From contig MU006094.1 in assembly GCA_010093705.1 (NCBI GenBank), positions 234,020 to 298,019 of the forward strand: a stretch of 64,000 bases of DNA, given 5' to 3'. The stretch is from Patellaria atrata CBS 101060. Taxonomy: Eukaryota. This document shows positions 52,689 through 63,025 of this stretch, piece after piece. Within the stretch, counting starts at the first letter, position 1. Each line of letters opens with the position of its first letter. Made by a program: the position numbers and the translations under genes. The notes under the pieces are model-generated. The model saw nothing but the letters and a program-made list of their open reading frames with translations, was not told the DNA's origin and did no database searches.

Positions 52689-54887
52689 TTACGCAGCCGC
52701 CTGAACCATAGCGCCCAAAGCGTTCTCGACGCTAACCCAGCCCTCACCAACCTGCTCAATGGCATCCTGTGCCCTAGGAATACCGATGAGGACGATACCA
52801 GCAGGGACAACGACATCCTCGACGTTGAAGCAACCTATATAAACTATCAGCAACCGTTCAGAACCCCCTCCCCACTTCTCAAAAGTAACAAGGAAAAACA
52901 CAAACTCACCAAACGCAATCAATTTCTTTAGCGCAGGAGAGCTCTTAAAAATCCCCACGATGGCCAACTGATCCACATTCTGCATGAAGCTGAGATTGAC
53001 CTCCCTGAGCTCGGGATACTGCTTGACGCCATCGAAGACGTCGTGGAGCGCGTTTTTCGAGATATGACGACAACTGGCGAGGTCGACGGTCTCGAGTTTG
53101 GCGCCGCTGTGGGCCATCAGCGCCTTGAGACCTTTGTCCGCGAGGCCGACTGCGTCAGCGGGGCCGTGGGGGTTGCTGTTGTCGATGTCGCGGGTGGAGT
53201 TGAAGTCGACGAAGCGGAGGGGAGGGTTGGGCCAGTTGGTAAAGAGGGTGGCGTAGGCAGCATCGGTGCAGTTGTCGTTGTTCGTGAAGCGGAGTTTGCG
53301 GAGCTCGGTGCAGGACTCGTGGATCTGGTTGAGAACTTCGTCGTCTGCGAAGCTGAAGTCTTCGAGGGAGAGAGTGCGGAGGTTGGGACCGATGCTTTTG
53401 ATCAGGTTGATGAGACACGGAGATGATATATCCGCGGTTGCTTGGAGGGAGAGGTGCTCAAGCTGGCACATCTCTGCGAGGGCGTTGATGGCAACTTCGG
53501 TGAGGGAGCGGCAGAGCTTGAATTTGAGACGAGTGAGATTCTTGCAGAAGACTGAGAGTTGGAAAACGACAATGTCTGAGAAGGGTTGGTCGAGCCATTG
53601 TAGTTTCAGGGACTCGAGTTGAGCTCCGCGGGACTTGATTAGTTGAATCCAACCTTCCTCCGAGACCAGATTGGCCGCGTAGAGTTTGAGATGCTTGAGA
53701 TTGTTCGCTTTCTCCACAATGTAAGAAATATTTTCGTCCTTGAACTGGCAGGCATTTTTGAGTACAATGTTCTCAATGTGAGGAATAACAGCAAAGATCT
53801 GCTGGTAGTCCTCTGTCTCGAGATAAGCAGCATCGTGGATGATGACAGCATCTAAATCAGGACGAAGAAACAGTGGTAGAGTCTGAGAGTTCATCACACG
53901 TTTCTTTGTGAAGATTTCACTCAGTCGTTCCAATACCGGCTGTGGCAGATCACCAAGCTCATCCAATTCATCGTGATGAGTGACAACCTTCTCGATACAG
54001 AGCTGCTGAAGCGTCTTTGGTCCACGACTAGCCAGGCCATCCAGCTTGTCACTCTCGAGTTTACGACGCTTGCGGCCAGCGGGTTTCTTCTGAGGCTTCT
54101 TCGCAGATTTATCATCCTTTGTAATATTTTTACCACAAGGGGTACATAACAGTCCACCATCTGGCCCAGTCTTGCTGTATGGGGTGACCGTGAAGCGCTT
54201 ATTGCAGATCTCACAATTATCCAATTGCCCGGGCATAGCTTTCGCCTTTTTGTACATTTCCCTCGCTAGGAAATCGTCATCCTCATCATTGTAGTCATCG
54301 TTCTCATCGTCATCATCACCGAGCTTCTTCGCAGCCTTACGTTTGGCAAACTCTTTCGATTTCTTGATCTTGGCGATAGCTTTCTCTTCTTGAGCCTTCT
54401 TCTTTGCAGCAGCAGCGTCATCGGTTGCCCTACGGCCACGTGCCCTAGCTGCAGTCGATGATTCCGCGACAATTTCGTCCTCCGCCTCTACCATTTCCTC
54501 ATCCTCTTCTTTTACGGTTGCGGTTTCTCCATTGGCAATTCGTTCTTGTTCCTCCCGCTGTTGCGCTTGTTGAAGGCGACGCTGATAGTCATCGCGAATT
54601 TGACCTGCGGAGATATTGTTTGCCTATGATTAGATAGCGCATTAGAGACGAATTCTAGTGTAGAACCGTTGGATTGACCACTCAGTTACGTACCGCAAGG
54701 AAGTCTGTTAAGGCGGAGTGACTGGTAACCATGCTGTCAGTAAACCTGACTGTATCTTTACTCGATTAATGATTACGACGTACGGTCCCCGAATACGATT
54801 GAGGTTTCGGTTCCTGTTAGACCTGTAGAATTGTTAGTTAAGAGTACCGTACCTCATAAGGAAGGCTCGCAAACGGATTGCTTACAT
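52689..54887 (-). CDS. rad7: Nucleotide-excision-repair protein Rad7/Rhp7 (zinc finger plus LRR); 5 exons
   Basis: Spliced N-terminus MSNRNRNLNRIRGPHSALTDFLAANNISA, then CEICNKRFTVT..LCTPC, LQQLC and RNI-like LRRs. The last intron (~52909-52835) is in frame in the ORF track. Confidence 0.88.
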
Positions 54888-55271
54888 TTTCGTTTGGTGG
54901 GTAGCGGAAGTGAAAGGGAAGGGAAAAGGGTGATCAAGTGAGAAAGAAAGGTAAGAAGAAAACGGATCGTGACGATGATATTGGGGTAGAGAGAAAAAAG
55001 AGCTTTGGTGGAGAAAGTGGTAAGTGGTTTACAGAGAGGGGTGGTTCGTGCCCGCGATCGCGCCTAAGGACAAGGCTTTGACGCGAGGTCACGGGTGGCG
55101 AACTTTCACCCCTGAAATCAATTTATAACCGAAGAGATTTAGCTTTAACCTCGACATGAACCTCTCACTTCACTCACTTGTTGGTAAAGCGAGATTTGTT
55201 CATCTCTATTATTCATTACCAGATGATCATTTCTACTCTATGCTTTCCACTTACAACCCCTTCATTAGAAT

Positions 55272-56595
55272 CTATTCCACAAACGCTAAGAACGTTTTCA
55301 ATTTTTCCTTGGAGGAAAACTTCGTCTCCACCCCTTGCCCAATGAAATACACAAAACCCTCTTCCAGATCGTGTGTCTTCCCATCTGCCTCAAATTCCCC
55401 TTTACCATCCGTAACTACCAGAATCCCCGGTCCTCCTAACGCCTGCACCTCCTCCGTCTCGTTCTCGCCTAACGTGATGGACAACATGTTGAATTCGCTC
55501 AATGGCGGCTTATAGATTCTCGCTTTCCCGTTCTTCGCCTTCTCGAAAGGGGTCGAACCTAAGAGCGCCTCCTGAGCATTGTGCGGTTTAAAGGTAAGCA
55601 CACTAATGAAAGTATCGACATTGTTACGGTCCGAGGCAGGGCAGAATCCAGTATTCAGCACGTTGTTCGAGCGTGCCATGCACTCAATGATGTCTCCGGA
55701 TAGGTAGGCATGAATACCATCGGCAGGGATGTATAGAGCCTCACCTGCGGAAAGCCTCATGTAGTTCATTGTGAGTAGTGCAACGAGGGTCCCGGGATCA
55801 GTCTCGTCGTACTGGTTTTGTAGGCGTGCAACCATGGCCGGGATGTATGAGTCGGTCTCTTTGAAGGAGTTCGCTGGAGTGGACTTCAGCGCAGATTGTA
55901 CATCAGCGATGGTCGAGCCATCGGCGGAGAGAATAGTATGTACAATTTTCTTCAGAGTGGCATCCGTGAAGGGGCTGGAATCTGAGGGGACGAATTGCTT
56001 AAGTGATTCGAGCTCGAAGATAGGCTCAATTTGAGCGAGTGGTTTGAAGCCTACAAATGCTTCAAAGGGAGTGAGAGCAAGGGCGATTTCAGGCTTATGG
56101 TTGGGGTCAGTGAAGTTAGAGGGGTCTTCCTCGTGGAGTTTAGAGGCGAGCTCTTTGTTCCAGATGCTGGTTAGCGGTGATGTTAAAGATCAGGGGAAGT
56201 CAGCTCACTGGATGGAGTTGGAGTGGAAGTGCTTTTGCTATGGAGAGGACTTTTGGCAGGAAGGGCAGCATCGTGTGCCCGAACTTCTTGATGACATTCT
56301 GGCCGATGAGTTCGTCTGAATGCCTGTCCAGGACATCTTGAAGGTCTTCACCGGTGGAGAGTACGCGGGATGGGAGTTCGGGATATGTTCCCATCCACCT
56401 GCAGATAATGAGTAAATGTTCATACAATTAGAAATTATAATCTCATTACAATTCTGCATATGGCTTATCCTCCTCTATCTTAAAATCTGTACCTGGAGTT
56501 TTTGAGCATAGTCGCGCTGCGGCAGATCCAGATCCTTGACGTCCCCAGGAATATTGGTTGCAACCGCATTTCAATTGGAGCACTTTTTCAACCAT
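55272..56595 (-). CDS. Mannose-6-phosphate isomerase, class I; 3 exons, intron 2 with an abnormal acceptor
   Basis: QLKCGCNQYSWG, PYAELWMGT, LPFLPKVLSIAKALPLQLHP, DPNHKPE and HAYLSGDIIECMARSNN. Confidence 0.85.
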
Positions 56596-57976
56596 GGCGA
56601 AATAATTGATGGAATATTGAGCTTATGAACTAAGATGACTTATTATTTAGCTGAGAAGATTAGGTTTCGCCGTTGAAGTAGTAACTTGAATACCTTATGC
56701 ACACTTCAGCAAATCATACCCACGTCATCAGATGTGTGGCGAATCGTAAAGTCAGAAGTAAGGGTCTTCCCGATTTCTGGTCGGTTATGATTACTGCACT
56801 TACCGTAAGGTCTATCTACGTAATTCTAATACCGAATACCGTATGCCGAACTTCTTCGGCCCGTAAGCAAACGAATTCTCATTCAAGAGCTCCTTCCCGT
56901 CAATTCCAAAATCTGATCCCCAGTGAATTAAATACTACTCAGTCACAACAATACTGCTCTATATAGGGAATATCAGGAAAACGATCTTTTAATTCTGGCA
57001 GAATGGCTGAGTGGTTAATGATATCCTGTGTCAATTTCCTTCAGTCAAGAATATAAGGTTAAATGCGTTCGTCAGGTTAACTTTCCCTATTCGGAGATTT
57101 CTTTTACAATTTTTTTTCTTCCCCCCTTTACCTTATTTAATTACTTTAAGGAATAGGTATATTTCCATTTAGTTTTCGATCTTTACCATCAGCTATTACT
57201 CAAAATCTTCTTTAAAGGATTCAAGTCTACCAGTATCCCCGGAGAAACCTAAAAGTCGTCTCGATTTCATTTCATTCCACAATGAAGAAGTCCAGAAAAG
57301 CAGCCCTACTTGTGTGCCGGGGAACAAGAAAATATATACTAAACTTATTTACATTATAGATCTAATTACTGCATGATCAGAACGCCGGTAGAAATATGGA
57401 AACCCAGTCCAAAAGCTACAATGGGATATGGACGTGATTCTATGGCTGCTGAACAGGTAGAGTAATCAATAGTCCAATTTCCAATATCAACGATCTTTAG
57501 GTGTACAACTGCAAGGTAAGTTGATCGAAAATGAAGAGGGAAACTCTACAGACCCCTCTACAAGTTTTGTCTTCCGTCATTAAACGTTTATTTCCCTCGC
57601 CCGTGGTCGTAGTAAGATACTCCACTATGGCCATTTCGAACCCTGTCAAGATTGACGCAATGATATACGTGTGCTTGCACCATATTTTCGATCGTTGATT
57701 GATTCAACAAAGTTCTGAAAAGTTTTGCGATCCAAGATATCTCGTGAGACATAGCAACCATACAAATGCCCATACACATTGGGCACCTCTAATTACCCCC
57801 CACGTTATTCATTGTTAAAAAATTCCCTACCATCGATCATGAGAGGGGCATAAACTTTTCAAAGTGAAAAGATATAAGACAGAGATGTAAGTTCTTAGGC
57901 TCAAGCGGAAGAAAAGGGAAATGGTCAACGGAACAAATGAAAAACTTCAAGTCGAATCTCATTGACGACCGTGAGC

Positions 57977-58710
57977 ACAGCACGAGCGCTTGTTGAAACT
58001 GCTCATCCAAATACCATGAGTGCAACAAAGGCTGTCGCGGGAGGATCTTTAGATTATAAAGAAGCTTTCAACGGTGGCCTAAAAGCTCTTAAAGATGATA
58101 TAGAAACAAAGGGTAACTCTACTCAGGTCATGTTTAGCTTTCTTTGACTACGGAGCTTATTTCCAGGTGTAACCATATCCATCATACGAGTGGCGCGCCC
58201 GTTGGATATTCAGAAGTCCACTTAGAGCATCGTGGAGCGGAGGAACTAAGCTCACGAGAATTCTTCGAAGAGAGGACAAACTCTATCACGTGGTATTCAG
58301 ATGTTACTTACGAAAAATCAATCTCCGGGAACCAAGTTCCTTTATGCACTTGATATTCCAAGTACAGGTGGTAATACTCTATTTGTAAATTAGTTTAAAG
58401 CCTATAACCGACTTTCACCAGAATTTCAAAAGAGACTTCATGGATTAAAGGCCGCCCATTCCGGCATGTAACATTCCCGATAAAGGTACTGCAGTTGTTC
58501 ATAACGGTCTACTAGGACATGAACAAGCTGAGCTTAGCCGAACAAGGGGAGGTCGTGTAGTCCAAGTGAGAGGTCACTTTCTTCAAACATCAACGCTTGC
58601 AGTGTCTTGTGTGCCATTAATCCGACTAGTTCCCGTATAAGGTCGCTGTTGAGTTTCGCGAAGAGAAGCAAAAAGAGGTTCATAGAGCGCTAACCTCCCA
58701 GAAACGGTTG
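57977..58710 (+). pseudogene. Decayed TauD/TfdA-family (Jlp1-like) alpha-ketoglutarate-dependent sulfonate dioxygenase
   Basis: Fragments HIHHTSGAP, FFEERTNSITWYSDVTYEK, (frameshift) QSPGTKFLYALDIPSTGGNTLF, and N*FKAYNRLSPEFQKRLHGLKAAHSG. Contains stops, a frameshift and deletions. Ends are approximate. Confidence 0.8.
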
Positions 58711-58985
58711 ACTGTAGTGATTAGTACATATCAAGATTAGTGAAAACAAAAGATAATGCATGATACTGTATGTTAGTATAATCTAGGATAACGAGATATT
58801 TGAGGTGAGTCTGTATTGTAGACCACCAGAAAAGTCACACATGGATGCAATGTAGGTCGATCTAAAGTAGTAGTTTAATACCGATTCTTATTATTAGAGT
58901 GCATTGAACATACACGAACCTTTTGTCAATATGACCGCTATTGTAACCCTCCCTCCGTCCAAGTACTCGCTAATTGTCGAACCCT

Positions 58986-61013
58986 CTATTGCAACCTAAC
59001 GCCGGCTTGTCGATTCTTTTTTGCTGTTGCAGTACTTGCAGTTGCCTCACTGTTATCCAACGCACTGGCCGCCAAACGTTTCTTCTCTTCGTCGATCTTC
59101 TTGAGTCTCTTTTCGGTCTTTTGCTTACCACTACCTTTACCATGGAATTGGTGGCTAAGATGCTTGAACGCTTCTTTCTGATTCATACTGCGACCGAATT
59201 CGTCGACATACTTGAGCTCGACGTTGGGCTTATATTCCCGATTAAAAATTTCCGCTTCTTGTCGAGAGCTCATCTGATCGCGTTGCGTATTGTTCCACCT
59301 AGCATACTCCTCTCGCTCACGAGCGGACATGCGATCGAGCCTGCCACTGAGACGGTCTTTCTCGCGTTGAATTCGAGCACGGCGCTCTGCTTCCTCCTCA
59401 CGTCTCTGCTTTTCGGCAAGGAAGCGTTGACGCTCGCGAAATTGTGCATTAATGTCGCCACCTGCTGTTGTCTGGAGTAACCCACGTTTAGAGAGTAGAG
59501 AAAGCGTTGAACCTAATCCTTGGTCGAGAGTTTCTTCTTCCTGCAAACCGGTAGCAGGCACGTCAGCAGATACGCTGCGGACGAGGCGTTCCTGGCGATC
59601 TTGTTCGTCTTCTACAGCACCATAGGACTGCTCCATATCGACATCGCCATCCTCATCCGCGATCGGGGAAAGGCCTTTCGCCTTGCCGTTTTGACTCTTT
59701 TCAAGTTTGGCGGAACGGCTTCTCCTTGCTCTTGGATCGGGCGAGTTGCGTCTCTGCAGATTTGCCACGAATTCTGTAGTCTCATCAATAACAAGACCCG
59801 GTTCCTCGTCTGCGGCCTCTGTGGTGTTCATAACATCAGGGATTGCTGATGCTTCTTCACGTAATTGACGGGCTAGGTCTTCAGGGTGCACCTTTTTACG
59901 TTTCTTCAACGCTTCTCTCCTTTGCGCTGCAAGATTAGCTTGCAATTCATCGTCGTCAATAAATGCCGCATCTAAATTTCGCTTCTTGGCCAGTCCATTC
60001 GAACTATTTTCAACTACTGAGTCAACTTCCATGGCGCTTGGATCTAGTTTCTCTTCTTGCACGACGGGGAAGATATCATCCTCATCAAAATCCTTCTTTC
60101 TAGTAAATTTAGACTTCTTTTTCTTGGGCTTTCTGATTTTAATTTCGGATTCATCCTTGTAATCGGAAATTGGAATGTCCTCCTTTAGTATGTCGAGACT
60201 AACGGAGATTCCTTTGCTGTTCTGAGAACCGGCCTGTTGCCTTGGTGTGACTTCTTCCACTCCTCTTCCCTGTCCGTCCAAGGTAAAACGCTTGACCTTT
60301 TTACCTTCGATTTCCTCGTCATAGTGTGAAAGAAGACCTTTCTCTCCCGTCTCATCCACTTCATTTGGATCGTATACAGGTTTCCGCTTCTTGAGCCGCA
60401 ATTTCTCGACAAGCTTCTCTTTAGCCCTTAGATCTGCATTCTCCAACTCGTCCTCCGAACCGGAAGCATCGACAGCTGCATCTTTAAGGGTAAGGATCTG
60501 CTCCCCAGCTTCCTCATCGAACTGTGATAACTCGTGTCCGACTTTTACACCAGCAAGATCCGCGGCGGTGTACTCGGCCTGAGCAGCTCTCTCTTGCTCC
60601 TCAAGCGCTTCTTGAAGTTTCCTGGCCTTCTCAATCTTCTTTTGCCGTTTCTTTTGCTGCAACAACCATGTTCGGGTATCCATGTCTTCCCCTTCATCCA
60701 CATCTCCAAGACCTTTACCTTCCAACTTCGCAAATCTCTGCGCCGCCTCGCGAGCTTTCTTGATGGCCTCCTTCTGTGCTTGTCGCTTAGCTTTCGCCTC
60801 AGCCTCCGCTTGTAACTGCTGCCAATTGTCGGAAGCGGCAGCTTGTCTGGTTATGTAAGTACTCGCTGGTTCGTCTTCCGAATCGCCATTCTTTGCTTCT
60901 TTAAATACTGGACCATTGTCATTCGTGCTGGGGAGTCCAGGGACAGGAAGAGGCTTCATTCCCATCGCGACGCGAATCTTGTTCGCCTCCTCGATAGAAA
61001 CGACGTCCGCCAT
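58986..61013 (-). CDS. snu66: U4/U6.U5 tri-snRNP protein Snu66/SART1, intronless
   Basis: HIND motif SIEEANKIRVAMGMKPL, ILTLKD, and YKPNVELKYVDEFGRSMNQKEAFKHLSHQFHGKGSGK. Confidence 0.95.
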   Translation of the reverse strand: MADVVSIEEANKIRVAMGMKPLPVPGLPSTNDNGPVFKEAKNGDSEDEPASTYITRQAAASDNWQQLQAEAEAKAKRQAQKEAIKKAREAAQRFAKLEGKGLGDVDEGEDMDTRTWLLQQKKRQKKIEKARKLQEALEEQERAAQAEYTAADLAGVKVGHELSQFDEEAGEQILTLKDAAVDASGSEDELENADLRAKEKLVEKLRLKKRKPVYDPNEVDETGEKGLLSHYDEEIEGKKVKRFTLDGQGRGVEEVTPRQQAGSQNSKGISVSLDILKEDIPISDYKDESEIKIRKPKKKKSKFTRKKDFDEDDIFPVVQEEKLDPSAMEVDSVVENSSNGLAKKRNLDAAFIDDDELQANLAAQRREALKKRKKVHPEDLARQLREEASAIPDVMNTTEAADEEPGLVIDETTEFVANLQRRNSPDPRARRSRSAKLEKSQNGKAKGLSPIADEDGDVDMEQSYGAVEDEQDRQERLVRSVSADVPATGLQEEETLDQGLGSTLSLLSKRGLLQTTAGGDINAQFRERQRFLAEKQRREEEAERRARIQREKDRLSGRLDRMSAREREEYARWNNTQRDQMSSRQEAEIFNREYKPNVELKYVDEFGRSMNQKEAFKHLSHQFHGKGSGKQKTEKRLKKIDEEKKRLAASALDNSEATASTATAKKNRQAGVRLQ

Positions 61014-61780
61014 GGTAGCTGATATACTAGTTAAACAACTCGTATATTTGGATTCGTATGGGGATATCTTGATCTCGACGTGCTATTGTATTAACGAAAT
61101 GTTAGGTGAGTAGTAATGGAAGGAACAGTCCAGAGTTAGAGTTAGAGGTTCAAAATTGCGGAGTTGTACCTTGGGACTAGCGCGCCAAGACCGCATGCCC
61201 TTATAAAAATCTTTGTTCAGGATCTCTTTTCCTTTTCTTTCCCATAATCACAGATCTGTGTCCAGCAATCCCGAGGGCCTTTCGGGGTGTTTTTCGGTAG
61301 TATTGTTGGACAGTTCGATAATCATGGAGCCACCCTCTACATGGTGTCAATTTCCAATCGACAGATCTCAGATCAACGTGTCGATATCTGAGCTAAAGCT
61401 TTGAGCTCCCTACGGGTGAGCTCAGTGGAGGCCAGGTACTCGGCGGGCGTCATATTCCATTTCCTTCACTGAGGGCATCGCCTTATGAGGTTGGGACAAA
61501 CCATGACTGCCTACATACTTTCGACAATCGTCACATACAGCAGACTTGGCCAGAATCTGAACATTGTTCTGGGCCTTATATCGCAATTCTACGCATATGA
61601 ACCGCATCCCGATACCATATAACCTTCACAAACTGATCCATATCCCTTTCCCAGTCTCGATATGTAGAAGCTTCGAATTGAGAAAGATTGGAGCTTGAAT
61701 CCGGACCCATTACATTGATACTCCAAATTCCATGCGCCTCCCCATGCACAGTATTTCCCTCCTCAACTCCTGATGTATGA

Positions 61781-62462
61781 TTATAGCAATTTCAAGTGAC
61801 CTGTAACTTTATCCACTATACTCTTCGGAGCAGGCCCTACACCTAGCACCGTTGCACTCCCACTTGCGATCTGTGTACGTCCTGCATCATGTATCACCTG
61901 CGCACATAATCCCAAGCTCACAGCCTGAGCGTGAAGCACCTCCAACTCTTCCTCACTCTTCACTTGTAGCGCCACCTTTGCCTGGCCATACCGTTCCCAG
62001 CGTTTTAGGAGAGGGGAGTCTGGAGCAAGTCGGAGGAAAGTCTTGTAGCAGGCGAGCGTCGCATGGGAAGCTTGGGCTGCAATTTTACCTATATATCATC
62101 CAAAATTAGAACATCTTCTATATCCCCAGTTGACCAAATCATGAACAGTGATTCCCGAGAGACCTACCCTTCGTCATCCCCAAATCCGTTCTGACAACCA
62201 GCACCAATTTACACTCCTCACTATTGCCCGGAAATTCCCTGAGTTCCTCCCGCTCGTCGAATATCTGATCAAGCTCCGCCTCGCTATCGCTTTCCTCGTC
62301 CTCGCTTTTTGACTTCTTCGCTTTTTGTATTGGTACTCTGCCTCCACTAAACACGCCCAATGCTGTAGCTTGGCCCAGGAAGAACGAGCTGACTCCGACG
62401 ATGAGACATGTTGCGAAGAGAATCGCTAGGTTGGAGGGTGGTGGACGGTCGCTGGAAGACAT
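61781..62462 (-). CDS. pth2: Peptidyl-tRNA hydrolase 2; 2 exons
   Basis: N-terminal TM segment, KLVLVVRTDLGMTKG|KIAAQASHA, W...GQAKVAL, DAGRTQI and VTGHLKLL. Confidence 0.93.
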
Positions 62463-63025
62463 TTGAGGGACTCGGGGTATTGGATGCGGATAGCTGATCT
62501 CTGGAAGTGTATATCTGAAGTTTCTCATCTGTACCACTAATGTCGAATTCTCAATCGAAGTTCCGCGTTTTGTGGAGCTGGATGTGTGTCTTAAGGCGAG
62601 AGACCTGCCATGGGAAAATAGTTCTACTTTTATCTCTAGTGTCCGCTACAGTACCACCTCTCCACTACTACATCATATATCATTTAGGATCTTGCTAACA
62701 TTGCGCATGATTTTAAGTTGACTTCCACATCATAGTAGTTTACACACGGATGTTACCTAGGAATAGAATCACGCGACAACCAGCATAGTATCAAAATAAT
62801 ACCATGGATATAGGACGCTACTACAAAAGTAAATTCTAAAAGTTGCACTGGGCATTTCGTTTATACATTGAACGTATCTTGAAAAGTTATTAGAATTTCT
62901 ATTTCAGGAATCTTTCCCTCATTATAGTATTTTTATATCTCCCTACGCTCACCCCTTCTACATATGGTTCCTATCTCCCGTTGACGGCTAGAAGACCCCA
63001 ACCCTATCAAGAATTACGCTGTTTC

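Noticed and set aside
51695..53855. ORFs opposite the lipase and rad7 3' ends
   Set aside because: Antisense shadows of well-supported genes.
61213..61745. Short ORFs between snu66 and pth2
   Set aside because: All frames are interrupted by stops and show no recognisable family motif.
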